Of a stretch of DNA of 64,000 nt, positions 19,413-29,115 are shown piece by piece. The translations under genes were made by a program, and so were the position numbers. The notes under the pieces were generated by a model, which had not been told where the DNA came from, did no database searches, and worked only from the letters and a program-made list of their open reading frames with translations. The stretch comes from Candidatus Spongiisociaceae bacterium (lineage in GTDB: Bacteria > Actinomycetota > Acidimicrobiia > Spongiisociales > Spongiisociaceae), in the NCBI GenBank assembly GCA_965219685.1, contig CBDCOH010000002.1, positions 1,632,001 through 1,696,000 on the forward strand, written 5' to 3'. How positions within the stretch are numbered: position 1 is the first letter of the stretch; each line of letters begins with the position of its first letter.

Positions 19413-19804
19413 TCTACAAGGCTGTCGCTTCCCACCGTCCGCCTTGGTGGGCGATCGAGATCACCGAAGGCCTACCGGACCACATGTTCGCTCATACCCA
19501 GGTCCGCCGACTCACTGCGGTCGATCAGACGGCCCGCGAGGTGATTGCAGCCCTTACCGAGGTCGATCCGGACGAGGTCGACGTGGAGATCACGATCCGG
19601 ATGTCAGCGGCCCTCGCCGACGCGTATGCAGCGCTCACCGAAGCGGAGCAAATCGCCCGGAACACCGCCCGAGACGCTCGGCGACAAAGAGTTCGCGCGG
19701 CGCGGATGGCCCGAGATGAAGGGCTCACGACCAGGGAGTCGGCGTTGCTTTTTGGCGTTTCCCACCAGCGGATCAGCCAACTCATCAACGAGCAATCCGT
19801 TTGA
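19409..19804 (+). CDS. hicB: HicB-like antitoxin with C-terminal HTH
   Basis: WWAIEI...HTQVRRL...AREVIA, then GLTTRESALLFGVSHQRISQL. Confidence 0.75.
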   Translation: MIYKAVASHRPPWWAIEITEGLPDHMFAHTQVRRLTAVDQTAREVIAALTEVDPDEVDVEITIRMSAALADAYAALTEAEQIARNTARDARRQRVRAARMARDEGLTTRESALLFGVSHQRISQLINEQSV

Positions 19805-19837
19805 TCCTTCGGAGTAGATCGTGTCAGGCTCCGACGC

Positions 19838-20218
19838 TCAAACGAAAACAACCTCGATGGCGGGATCGAGGTGGCGCAGATCGTCGGGATCGGACGTGAC
19901 GACCCGCTGACCGTTACGGCGTGCACACACCACAACGTGGGCATCCGCTATGTCGGCGGTACCGCTCGCTGCCAGCAACCGGCCGACGTTCACCGCATCG
20001 ACCCTGTCCAAGGCAGCAACACGTGTTCCGGGACTGCGGACGAGGCGCGCCAGGCGGACCTGGCGCTCGGGTCTGCGGATCGCCTGTGCCAGCGCCGCCG
20101 CGGGGACCGTCACCACAGCGCCTGTCTCGAAGGCTCGGGCAAGCAGCGCGATCACCCGCCTGTCTCCGCGATCCAGTGCGATCAAGCCACCGGCGTCGAA
20201 CGTGACGCCCGGCTTCAG
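19838..20218 (-). CDS. vapC: PIN-domain (VapC-like) toxin, probable CTG start
   Basis: VTFDAGGLIALDRGD...VPAAALAQ...DIADAHVV...VVTSDPDDL. The first conserved Asp lies upstream of the TTG at 20185. Confidence 0.8.
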   Translation of the reverse strand: MKPGVTFDAGGLIALDRGDRRVIALLARAFETGAVVTVPAAALAQAIRRPERQVRLARLVRSPGTRVAALDRVDAVNVGRLLAASGTADIADAHVVVCARRNGQRVVTSDPDDLRHLDPAIEVVFV

Positions 20219-20475
20219 GCGACCGCCCGATCCTGCCGTGGCGATCCCTGCAATACCTCGTCAGCCCAGGCTCTCTCCTCCGATGTGAGCGGACCGCCCG
20301 ACTCCTCCAGCGCCCGCCCCAGCATCGCTCCCCAACCTGCAACATCGTCGAGGGCCATACCCACCGCATGCCTCACGAAACCTGACACGCTGGTCGCCTG
20401 ACCCTCTTCCACGAGGACCTTGATCCGGTCCACGTGTTCGACCGGCAGGGTGATCGTGAGCTTCCTCGTTGCCAT
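20215..20475 (-). CDS. ribbon-helix-helix antitoxin
   Basis: MATRKLTITLP...SVSGFVRHAV...SGGPLTSEERAWADEVL, overlapping the PIN gene. Confidence 0.8.
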   Translation of the reverse strand: MATRKLTITLPVEHVDRIKVLVEEGQATSVSGFVRHAVGMALDDVAGWGAMLGRALEESGGPLTSEERAWADEVLQGSPRQDRAVA

Positions 20476-20583
20476 ACCATCGCTAGACCTTTGCCAGCGC
20501 CGCAACCTCATCCGTACCGACACACCAACCGGAACATGTGACAGGCCGGACGCGTCTGGAATACCAAGTGGACGGGCGTTGTA

Positions 20584-20597
20584 TTAGGCTACCCTAA
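20584..20597. promoter_or_regulatory. DtxR/IdeR-like iron box TTAGGCTACCCTAA
   Basis: Near-palindrome about 70 nt upstream of the iron ABC ATPase; 13/14 identical to the site at 22415-22428. Confidence 0.7.
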
Positions 20598-20665
20598 CCC
20601 TTTGGATCAGGTATCCGTGAGTTGGACGAGTAGCTGTCCGAGACAATCCCCGCCCAGGAACCCTT

Positions 20666-21694
20666 ATGGCGTATCTGCAGGCAAGTGACATCACCAAACG
20701 CTTCAACGGCACCACCGCTCTGGCCGGTGTCGACCTCACCGTGGAACGGGGCGAATCGCTGGCATTGCTGGGACCCAGCGGCTGCGGGAAGACCACGCTG
20801 CTAAGGATACTGGCCGGCCTTGAGATTCCCGACCGCGGCACCATCGCGGTCGAGGGAGCCTGCCTGACCGCTGCGGAGACATTCGTACCGCCCGAGAAGA
20901 GGCGTATCGGGATGGTGTTCCAGGATTGGGCCCTGTTCCCCCATCTGACGGTGGCGAGGAACGTCGCCTTCGGGCTCGACCGGACCGAGATAATGCGGGG
21001 CCGGGTGGGGGAGACGCTTGAGTTGGTCGGCCTGTCGCATCTGGCCGACCGGTACCCCGAAGAGTTGTCGGGCGGCCAGGCCCAGAGGGTGGCCCTCGCC
21101 AGGGCCCTCGCCCCGCGCCCGCGGGTGCTCCTGTTCGACGAGCCCTTCTCGAACCTCGACAGCGCGCTCCGTGCCCGAGTCCGGGCCGACGTGGCGGCGC
21201 TGATGCGCGACGTGGGAATGACATCGATCTTCGTCACCCACGACCAGGAGGAGTCGTTCGTGGTCGGCCACCGGGTAGCCGTGATGCGTGAAGGACGGAT
21301 CGTGCAGATAGGCCGCCCAGCCGAGGTCTACCAGTATCCGGTGTCGCCATGGGTGGCGACCTTCCTTGGAGAGGCCAACGTTCTGGACGGGATCGCCACC
21401 AACGGCCACGTGTCCACGACGGTCGGGAATGTACCTCTCGCCGACCCCGTGCACGGACCCTGCCGGGTCGTGGTCCGGCCCGAGCATCTGACGGTTGGAT
21501 ACGGTGACCAAGGTGTGGTCTCGTCGGTGGAGTTCTACGGGCACGACACCTCGTACGAACTAGCTGTCAACGGAACAACCCTGCTGGCTCGGGTGATCGC
21601 AGCCCCACGGTTCATGACCGGTGACCGCGTCGAGGTGGGCTATGCGGGACCCGAAGCGGTCGCCTTCGAGGCCGCTTCTCAACCCGCGGGCTAG
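20666..21694 (+). CDS. fbpC: Fe(III) ABC transporter ATP-binding protein
   Basis: GPSGCGKT, VPPEKRRIGMVFQDWALFPH, LSGGQ, DEPFSNLD, TOBE-like tail; iron-locus context. Confidence 0.85.
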   Translation: MAYLQASDITKRFNGTTALAGVDLTVERGESLALLGPSGCGKTTLLRILAGLEIPDRGTIAVEGACLTAAETFVPPEKRRIGMVFQDWALFPHLTVARNVAFGLDRTEIMRGRVGETLELVGLSHLADRYPEELSGGQAQRVALARALAPRPRVLLFDEPFSNLDSALRARVRADVAALMRDVGMTSIFVTHDQEESFVVGHRVAVMREGRIVQIGRPAEVYQYPVSPWVATFLGEANVLDGIATNGHVSTTVGNVPLADPVHGPCRVVVRPEHLTVGYGDQGVVSSVEFYGHDTSYELAVNGTTLLARVIAAPRFMTGDRVEVGYAGPEAVAFEAASQPAG

Positions 21695-21706
21695 CCGGGG
21701 AGCGGT

Positions 21707-22213
21707 CTACTCCGCGGCCGGCCGGGCGCCGAGTTCGGCCTCGATCAACGCCAACCCGACTTCGTTGCCAGCTACGCGGCGCAGTCGCTCGCAGATACTG
21801 CCGACGACCGACTCCTCCTCCACCTGCTCGGCAAGGAAACTCTGCAGGAAGGGAAGGCTCTCGAGATCGTTGAGGTCCGTAGCCAACTCGTACAGAGCGC
21901 GGATCCGTTCGGTAACACGCCGCTCGTGCCGCAGAGACTCCTCGAACACGTGCACGGGGCTGTCGAACTTGCTCGCCGGCGCGGTTATATCCCCGATCTC
22001 GACCCGACCATCGCGCGCCAGTACGAAGTCGATGAACATCCGGGCGTGGGCGGCCTCTTCGCCGGATTGGCTGCTCATCCATGCGGCCATGCCGGGGCGG
22101 TCATCCCATTCCAGGTGCGCAGCCATCTGTAGATAAGTGAGCGACGCCTCCAACTCGCAGGTGATCTGGTCGTTGAGTGCGCTTTCCATCTGCTCGCTCA
22201 GGGACATCGGCAT
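21707..22213 (-). CDS. ftnA: non-heme ferritin
   Basis: ALNDQITCELEASLTY, EEAAHA, HERRVT, FLAEQVEEE ferroxidase residues. GGAGG before ATG 22213. Confidence 0.9.
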   Translation of the reverse strand: MPMSLSEQMESALNDQITCELEASLTYLQMAAHLEWDDRPGMAAWMSSQSGEEAAHARMFIDFVLARDGRVEIGDITAPASKFDSPVHVFEESLRHERRVTERIRALYELATDLNDLESLPFLQSFLAEQVEEESVVGSICERLRRVAGNEVGLALIEAELGARPAAE

Positions 22214-22413
22214 GCCCTCCTGCTCGGGGTCTAGGACGTCCATCCGATCCTACCTGCCAGGCTCGGGTAACGAACCCTTCGCGCTCGCCACCGATTAGAG
22301 GACGCGGTACGGATTCGACACCGCTCATCCTGCGGTCTCTCACGCGGTCCTGCCTGATATCACCGATTGCCCACCGAGGGTGGGAGCTAAACGGATGGCG
22401 CCGCTCGCGTTGT

Positions 22414-22429
22414 CTTAGGGTACCCTAAG
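22414..22429. promoter_or_regulatory. DtxR/IdeR-like iron box CTTAGGGTACCCTAAG
   Basis: Perfect 16-bp palindrome between divergent ferritin and fbpA, just upstream of a TTGACA at 22448. Confidence 0.75.
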
Positions 22430-22538
22430 GTCTATCTATAGGTTAACTTGACAGCAAACATATTGGCTTCCTACTCTCCCTGTGAGATCGGTGAGGCACA
22501 TGCTCCCGACAACTCCCGAGGACAGGAATGGACGTGAC

Positions 22539-23543
22539 ATGAGACGATCGATAGTCGCCGCCGTGGCAGCGGTCCTCGGCTTGGTGGGTGTCTCCTGTGC
22601 CGGCGGGGATGAGGCGATAACGGTCTACTCGGGCCGGACGGAGAACCTCATCGGGCCCATCCTCGAGGACTTCACCGAGGCCACAGGAATCGATGTAGAG
22701 GTCCGCTACGGGAAATCGGCCGACCTAGCCCTGCTCATACATGAGGAGGGGGACCGGAGCCCGGCGGACCTGTTCATCTCCCAGAGCCCCGGAGCCATCG
22801 GCTTCCTGGCTGGCGAGGACCGCCTCCGGCCCATCGACCGGGATACGCTCGCCGCAGTCTCCGAGGAGTTCCGCAACGCCGGTGGTCTCTGGGTGGGGAT
22901 GTCCGGCCGGGTCCGCGTCATCGTTTACAACCGCGAGCTGGTGAGTCCTGCCGAACTCCCGACCTCGGTCTTCGAACTGACCGAGGAGCGCTTCCGGGCT
23001 CGGGTCGGGGTAGCACCCGCCAATAGCTCCTTCCAGGACTTCGTAACCGCCATGCGGGAGATTCACGGCGACGACGTGACGCTTGGGTGGCTGGAAGGGT
23101 TGGTGGCCAACGATGCCCGTACCTACGCCAACAACACCGCCATTGTACAAGCCGTGGGCCGCGGTGATGTCCCCATGGGCCTCGTCAACCACTACTACAA
23201 CCTTCGCGCCAAGGCGGAGGACCCTGCAACGCCGTCCGAGAATTACTTCCTCCCCGGCGGAGACATAGGCTCACTGCTGATCGTCACCGCGATCGGGGTC
23301 CTCTCCACGTCCGGCCAGCCCCAACTCGCCGAACGCCTGGTGGAGTTCATGCTGAGCGAGGCCGCCCAGCGTTTCTACAGCGAGCAGACCTTCGAGTATC
23401 CGCTGGCTTCGGGTGTCGAACCGTCCCCGGGATTGCCGCCGCTCGCCGGCATCGAGGTCGCCACCTACGATTTCGATCGGCTGGGAGGAGGTCTGGAACG
23501 AACCAAGGAACTGATCGATGAGAGTGGGCTGGAAGGATCCTGA
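22539..23543 (+). CDS. fbpA: Fe(III) ABC transporter substrate-binding lipoprotein
   Basis: Lipobox-like VGVSC, TVYSGR, EGDRSPAD, GLVNHYY (iron-binding YY), TFEYPL. Confidence 0.88.
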   Translation: MRRSIVAAVAAVLGLVGVSCAGGDEAITVYSGRTENLIGPILEDFTEATGIDVEVRYGKSADLALLIHEEGDRSPADLFISQSPGAIGFLAGEDRLRPIDRDTLAAVSEEFRNAGGLWVGMSGRVRVIVYNRELVSPAELPTSVFELTEERFRARVGVAPANSSFQDFVTAMREIHGDDVTLGWLEGLVANDARTYANNTAIVQAVGRGDVPMGLVNHYYNLRAKAEDPATPSENYFLPGGDIGSLLIVTAIGVLSTSGQPQLAERLVEFMLSEAAQRFYSEQTFEYPLASGVEPSPGLPPLAGIEVATYDFDRLGGGLERTKELIDESGLEGS

Positions 23544-25125
23544 AAGGACGGACGAGGTCGCATCCAGACGGGCTCGACGCCAGCCCGGTCTTCAGGCGAC
23601 GGTGCTGCTGCTCGGACTGCTGTTCTTCTTTCCTACCGCCTACCTGACCTGGGGAACGCTGAGCCTGGGAGCCGACTTCTGGGAGGCCCTACCGAGTCTG
23701 GACACGCTGCGACCCCTCGGCAACTCGCTGCTGATCGCGACTGCTACCGCCCTGTCCTGCATGTTCCTCGGTACGACACTGGCCTGGCTCGTGGCCAGGA
23801 CGGACCTTCCGGGCCGGAGGTACTGGAGGGTTGTGTTGCCTCTGCCGCTGGTCATTCCGTCCTTCGTGGGCGCCACCGCCATGCTGTCGGCCCTGGGTCC
23901 GGGAGGTCTCGTACCGTTCGTGCCCAGGATCGAGGGTTTCTGGGGAGCGTTCCTGGTCCTGACGCTGCTCGGCTATCCCTTCGTTTACTTGCCAGTGCTA
24001 GCCCGGTTGGCGACCACATCCCCCTCCCTCGAGGAGGCCGCCCGTCTGCTCCGCGATCGGCCCGTTCGCAACATTCGGACGGTGGTCCTGCCGGAGATAA
24101 GGGACACCGTGATGGCCGGAGCGATGCTGGTCTTCCTGTACGGCCTGAGCGACTTCGGCGCCGTAGCCCTCATGCGATACGACACCATCACCAGGGCTAT
24201 CTTCTCGGCGCGCCTCTTCGATCGCGCTACCTCGCTCACACTGGGCCTGGTCCTGGCCATCCTGGCGCTCGCCGTGGTCACCATCGAGCGCACCTGCATA
24301 CCCGTTCGCAAGGTCTCCCCCTCCATCGGCAAGAGACAGGTTCGTTACGGGCTGGGCCGAGCCAAGGCAGCCGGCGTCGGCCTGCCGACGGTCGTGGTGG
24401 CACTGGCGCTCGTGGCGCCCATCGCGGTGTTCGGCCTTTGGGTCCTGCGCGGCTCCTCGACAGTAGGAGTCGGGTACTCAGGGATCGGAGACGGCCTGGG
24501 ATTCCTGATCCGGCCTTCCCTGAACTCGGTCCTCGCATCGTTGGCGGCGGGAGCGTGTGCGGCTCTGATAACCCTGCCCGTGGCACACGCCGTGGCACGG
24601 CGCCGGAGCCGGATGTCGGTTGCCGCTGCCGCCTCGGTGACATCGGTCTTCGCCCTTCCGGGGCTTGTGGTGGCATTGGCCATCGTGTTCTGGGCGATCC
24701 AGGCTCCCGGACCGCTGGCCGCTGTGTACCAGAGCTTCCCCCTGCTGATCTTCGCCTACGTTCTCCACTTCGGAGCCCAGTCGATGCGGGCTGCCCAGGC
24801 GGCGATCGCCGACATACCCCGCCGCTACGAGGACGCGGCCCGCACGCTGGGTGTCAAGGCCGGCCGGCGGTTCCTCTCGATTGACCTGCCGCTGGTCATG
24901 CCCGGGGTGCTCACGGGGGGAGGTCTCGTGCTGCTATCCACCCTCAAGGAGTTACCGGCCACGCTCCTCCTCGCACCGATAGGATTCCAGACCCTGGCCA
25001 CCAGGATCTGGAACGCTGCCGAGGACGGGTTCTTCGCCGAGGTCGGGATCACTTCGCTCGTGCTCATCGTGTTGTCGGGCATCCTGACGTGGATGTTGAT
25101 CCTCCGGCGCGAAACCACTACATGA
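23518..25125 (+). CDS. fbpB: Fe(III) ABC transporter permease
   Basis: Two EAA loops (LEEAAR; YEDAARTLG), LSDFG, KELPATLLL. Confidence 0.88.
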   Translation: MRVGWKDPERTDEVASRRARRQPGLQATVLLLGLLFFFPTAYLTWGTLSLGADFWEALPSLDTLRPLGNSLLIATATALSCMFLGTTLAWLVARTDLPGRRYWRVVLPLPLVIPSFVGATAMLSALGPGGLVPFVPRIEGFWGAFLVLTLLGYPFVYLPVLARLATTSPSLEEAARLLRDRPVRNIRTVVLPEIRDTVMAGAMLVFLYGLSDFGAVALMRYDTITRAIFSARLFDRATSLTLGLVLAILALAVVTIERTCIPVRKVSPSIGKRQVRYGLGRAKAAGVGLPTVVVALALVAPIAVFGLWVLRGSSTVGVGYSGIGDGLGFLIRPSLNSVLASLAAGACAALITLPVAHAVARRRSRMSVAAAASVTSVFALPGLVVALAIVFWAIQAPGPLAAVYQSFPLLIFAYVLHFGAQSMRAAQAAIADIPRRYEDAARTLGVKAGRRFLSIDLPLVMPGVLTGGGLVLLSTLKELPATLLLAPIGFQTLATRIWNAAEDGFFAEVGITSLVLIVLSGILTWMLILRRETTT

Positions 25126-25212
25126 GCGTGTACAAGAAACCCCGCCCGAATCCACTCAAGCAGGTGGCCGTGCGTAGCGCCCGGCTACAAGCACGGCCTG
25201 CCGGCTGTCCTT

Positions 25213-28011
25213 CTAGTCGCTCGGAGTCTCGGTCTGGTCGGTCTGCGCCACAGCCGATGGCGGGACCGGGGCGAAGTAGCCGACGACGATGAGGAGCACG
25301 CCCACACCGAGGAACGACACCACACGAGCCACGGTCCCGGTGTTGGCCAGGTCGAACAGGAACAGCTTGACGACCACGACCGCCATCAGCGATGCTCCAC
25401 CGATCCAGACGGCCCGTCGCACGAGGCGCACGCCGGCCACCATGCCCGAGAGCCCGGCGATACTCCAGACGATTGACAGGGACGCATGCAACACGGTGGA
25501 GTCGATCATCGCGTCGAAGTCGAATGGAACGTCCAGCCAGTGGTGAACGGTCCGGGCTACGGCCATAGTCAGCAGGATGATCCCCACGACCGTCAGCCCC
25601 GGGATCCAGGACCGTCCTATGACGTCTTCGAGTGGATTGTTCTCCTGCGCGTCGGCCAGCCTCTTCCACATGAGCGCCACCACGACCACGAGGGCGGTGA
25701 GTATCTCCAGCGGGTTGAACAGCGGCACGTAGGCGAGGGGCGGCGAAGCACCGTCCGACGTGAGGTTGGTCGCAAGCGCCATGATCGCCACCACCAGGAG
25801 CGCGGGGCCTGCGCAGGCCATCAGGTAGGTATGCCAATGCGTTCCCAGAGGCCAGGTCGCCGCCCGGCGTGCGACCAGCGTGCCGACCACGACCGCGAGC
25901 ATCGTCGCCAGGGCCGCAGTGATCGGCCACACATCGGAGGCAACCTGGCCGACCTGCCAGTGGATCTCCCTCCCCGCCACGATCACCAATACCCAGTAAC
26001 CGACGGTGTGCATGACCGACACTGCCCAAGGGAAGGCGCCCTCCCGCCAGCGGAGCACCGAGTAGTACGACGCCATGGCAACGATCCAACCGGCCCATCC
26101 GTGCATCCCGAATGGATGGCTCTGGACGATCAGCGCCAGGGCCAGGAACAGCACCAGGGCGGGCGCGAGAGCCACCCCTACGGTTCGTAGTCGCATCCAG
26201 CCGATCATCGGAGCCGCCAGGGCCAGACCGCCGAGCGAGACCGTGACGAACACGATCGAGACGGTCAAGCGGCCGTCCGGCGGGACGTGGAGCATCGTCT
26301 CCATGAGCCCACCGACGATCCACCACCCGGTGCTCCATACGAGCGCGAGCCAGCACAGGGCTCGGGTGGTGTCATCCCGGTCGTCCCCTCTCAGGTCGAG
26401 GGATCGACCTGAGAGCAGACCCACGACCGCTAACAGCGCCGCTCCGAGGAAGTACCCGTTCAGAACCGGAGTCAGACCGGTTGCGTCAAAGTCCGACGCG
26501 ATGAGGTAGCCGAGGAAAGCGAGCCCGCCCATAGCCTGAAGCCCACTGCCCGCGTAGGTGGCGAGACGACGCTGGTGCCGAACGCCGAACCAGACGAGGA
26601 CTCCACCCTGCAGCACCCACGCCACAGAAATGTACTGTGCCTCGAGTGCGAGCGGCACGGTGATCGCCACAAATGCCACCGAGAGACCCGCGTAGGCATC
26701 TCGAAGCGATCCGGACTCCTTGCCGTACCGGTGAGCCACCCACGCGAACAGCGCCAGGATTACGGCCAGGATCCCGGAACTGAGCGCCGCCCCGTATTCG
26801 AAGTGGTCGGTGAGGACCAGTTGCAGGCCGAGGGCGGCAAACGGAAGACCGAAGACCAAGGGACTGGTCATCCATGCCTTCACGTCCGGCGGTTGGCGGG
26901 CGGCGAATAGGACAGGGATGGTCATATACAGCAGGACGAGCAGCGCGATCAGGGGCTGGGTGGTGGCCCAGTCCTGCTCCGAGTACCGGGTGAACACCCA
27001 GAACGCCGACACAGCAAGCGTGAAACCCAGGCCGAGCAGGTTGAGTTCGGGCCAGATCTTGAATCGGGCGACCGCGACTATGGCCGCGCTGAGAATCAGG
27101 TAGAAGCCGAACACGACTACGTGGTCCCTGGCATCGGAGTAGGCGAGAACGGGAGCGAGGAAACCGCCGATGATGCCCAGCACCGCGAGCGAACGTGCGT
27201 CTTCGAGCACCGCCAGCACTCCGGCCCCCACGGTGACAATCACGACCGCCGCGGCCGCCGCCGATGCCGGGAGGAGATCGTAAACCGCATGGGCCACGTA
27301 GGTCGTCAGGTAGAGAACCGCGATTCCGCCCCCCTGCAGGCTCAGTCCGTAGATCGGGTTGCGGCCCCGGACGCGCCATCCCACCACCAACAGGAGCACA
27401 CCGAATGCGGCGACCAGGACATGTCGCACCTCGATGCTGAGAGTGATCCAACCCTGATCGAGAGCCACACCGAGCAGGAAGCCCAACCCGATGAGCGACA
27501 GCAGCACCCCTATCTTGACCGGTACGTTGCCGGTGGTGACCCAGGTTCTGATCATACGGATGACTCGTCCATCGAGCGACGGTCCCTGGTGGGCGAGGGG
27601 TGCTACCCGGACGACCTCGGCGTCGGAGCGAGCCGGCGGTCCTGCCGTCGGCGATTCGAGTCCTAAAGCCGGCTGGGGCTCGATCGGTGATGCTGCGGTT
27701 GGAGCCGGCGTCCCGGAGCGTGGGGACGGGACCAGGATGTCCGGCGCCGGCGCGGCAGGAGCAGGCGCTGGTGGCTTCTCTCTCACCGTTTCGGGCGGCC
27801 GTTCGGGTTCGGCCGTGGCGGGGAATCGCCTCTCCTCGATGGGTTCACGTCCGGATTGCGCCAGCCGGCGCCGGAGTCCGATCACGTCTGCGACCAAGAA
27901 CCCGACCAGCCCACCGAAGATGAACCCGCCGTCCCCCTCGAGCATCCGGGCGCCAAGCGCGACACCCAGCACGATGAAAAGCACCGTCATTACTACATGT
28001 GAGCGGTTCAT
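25213..28011 (-). CDS. DUF2339-family large membrane protein
   Basis: GNVPVKIGV, LQGGGIAVLYL, LAVLGIIGGFLAP, KLFLFDLAN...RVVSFLGVG...GYFAPVPP. Confidence 0.85.
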   Translation of the reverse strand: MNRSHVVMTVLFIVLGVALGARMLEGDGGFIFGGLVGFLVADVIGLRRRLAQSGREPIEERRFPATAEPERPPETVREKPPAPAPAAPAPDILVPSPRSGTPAPTAASPIEPQPALGLESPTAGPPARSDAEVVRVAPLAHQGPSLDGRVIRMIRTWVTTGNVPVKIGVLLSLIGLGFLLGVALDQGWITLSIEVRHVLVAAFGVLLLVVGWRVRGRNPIYGLSLQGGGIAVLYLTTYVAHAVYDLLPASAAAAAVVIVTVGAGVLAVLEDARSLAVLGIIGGFLAPVLAYSDARDHVVVFGFYLILSAAIVAVARFKIWPELNLLGLGFTLAVSAFWVFTRYSEQDWATTQPLIALLVLLYMTIPVLFAARQPPDVKAWMTSPLVFGLPFAALGLQLVLTDHFEYGAALSSGILAVILALFAWVAHRYGKESGSLRDAYAGLSVAFVAITVPLALEAQYISVAWVLQGGVLVWFGVRHQRRLATYAGSGLQAMGGLAFLGYLIASDFDATGLTPVLNGYFLGAALLAVVGLLSGRSLDLRGDDRDDTTRALCWLALVWSTGWWIVGGLMETMLHVPPDGRLTVSIVFVTVSLGGLALAAPMIGWMRLRTVGVALAPALVLFLALALIVQSHPFGMHGWAGWIVAMASYYSVLRWREGAFPWAVSVMHTVGYWVLVIVAGREIHWQVGQVASDVWPITAALATMLAVVVGTLVARRAATWPLGTHWHTYLMACAGPALLVVAIMALATNLTSDGASPPLAYVPLFNPLEILTALVVVVALMWKRLADAQENNPLEDVIGRSWIPGLTVVGIILLTMAVARTVHHWLDVPFDFDAMIDSTVLHASLSIVWSIAGLSGMVAGVRLVRRAVWIGGASLMAVVVVKLFLFDLANTGTVARVVSFLGVGVLLIVVGYFAPVPPSAVAQTDQTETPSD

Positions 28012-28223
28012 GGCCAGATCCTTGTCAGTGGCCTCGATGACTCTCTGTTCGTCCCGGCCACATTAACGACAGGGGTAGGCCGCGTCCCGACCGCAGCAGT
28101 GGGGTGCTACAGCCTTACGTCGGGGTATTGGGGCCCTTGGTCCAAGTGGTTTCGTGGGAGCGCCGATGTGGCCCCACCTTGACACGGTCGGGAGCCCGTG
28201 CAAGCATCCCTCAGCGACAACGC

Positions 28224-28304
28224 GCTTATCGAGAGTGGTGGAGGGACAGGCCCTGTGAAGCCACGGCAACCGATCCGTTCGGTGCCAATGCCTGATCGAT
28301 GAGG
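28224..28304 (+). ncRNA. SAM-I (S-box) riboswitch lacking P4
   Basis: CTTATCGAGAG-TGGTGGAGGGACAGGCCCTGTGAAGCCA-CGGCAACC...GGTGCCAAT-GCCTG-ATC-GATGAG. P1 is CTTATC/GATGAG, P2 has the K-turn, and the pseudoknot is CAGGC/GCCTG. Confidence 0.9.
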
Positions 28305-28593
28305 CAGCCAACGGCGGACTCCGCTGTCGGCGCTCAACCCCGGAGCGCGTAACGACAAAGGAGAGAACGCCAATCATGTCCCTATTCGGAACTCCCTGCG
28401 GCCCAACGTCGGTACGCGTCCGCCCTTCCTTCGCCACTCATGCCTGTCCGCGCTCTCGGGTGAATAGCCCGGGACAGCCCGGCTCGTCCCGCTGATCGCC
28501 ACCACCCGAGAGCCCAGGACCGGCGTCAGCTACCAGCCCATCCGGATTGTCAACGCGCACCCGGACGGCCCCCACACGACGAAAGGACCATCC

Positions 28594-29115
28594 ATGACAA
28601 CCCAGACCAAAGACCAACTCAACGATGTGAACCTCAACGCCGTCGGCGCCCTCGTGTCAGCCGTCGCGGAGGATCCGGATAAGGGCCAGACCGAGTGGCA
28701 GGCGACCGTGAACTGGACAGGCGCCTTCCGGTCAGAGGTTTCGATCCGGGACTTCGACCCGATCCCCTCCGACGAGCCGGCCGGACTCGGCGGGTCCGAC
28801 ACCGCCCCCAACCCGGTGGAGCAGGTGCTCGGAGCGCTCGGCAATTGCCTGGCGGTGGGATACGCGGCCAACGCCACCGCGGCCGGGGTCGAGATCAACG
28901 ATCTCAAGATCGACCTGAGCGGTGACCTGGACCTGCAGGCCTTCCTGGGCCTCAAGCCGGGCCACGCCGGATACGGGGGCCTGTCGGTGAAGGTCCACCT
29001 GGACTCCGACGCAACCGACGAGCAGCTGGCGGCACTCCACGACAAGGTGGTCAACAGCTCCCCCGTCGGTCACACGCTCAGCAACCCGGTACCCCTGAGG
29101 ATCGAACTCGCCTGA
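28594..29115 (+). CDS. OsmC-family protein with a single Cys
   Basis: SDEPAGLGGSDTAPNPVEQVLGALGNC...SSPVGHTL; AAAGGA RBS. Confidence 0.88.
   Translation: MTTQTKDQLNDVNLNAVGALVSAVAEDPDKGQTEWQATVNWTGAFRSEVSIRDFDPIPSDEPAGLGGSDTAPNPVEQVLGALGNCLAVGYAANATAAGVEINDLKIDLSGDLDLQAFLGLKPGHAGYGGLSVKVHLDSDATDEQLAALHDKVVNSSPVGHTLSNPVPLRIELA

Noticed and set aside
28493-28495. Selenocysteine read-through of the TGA in the short ORF
   Set aside because: No redox-motif context, no convincing SECIS hairpin, and the extension looks non-coding.
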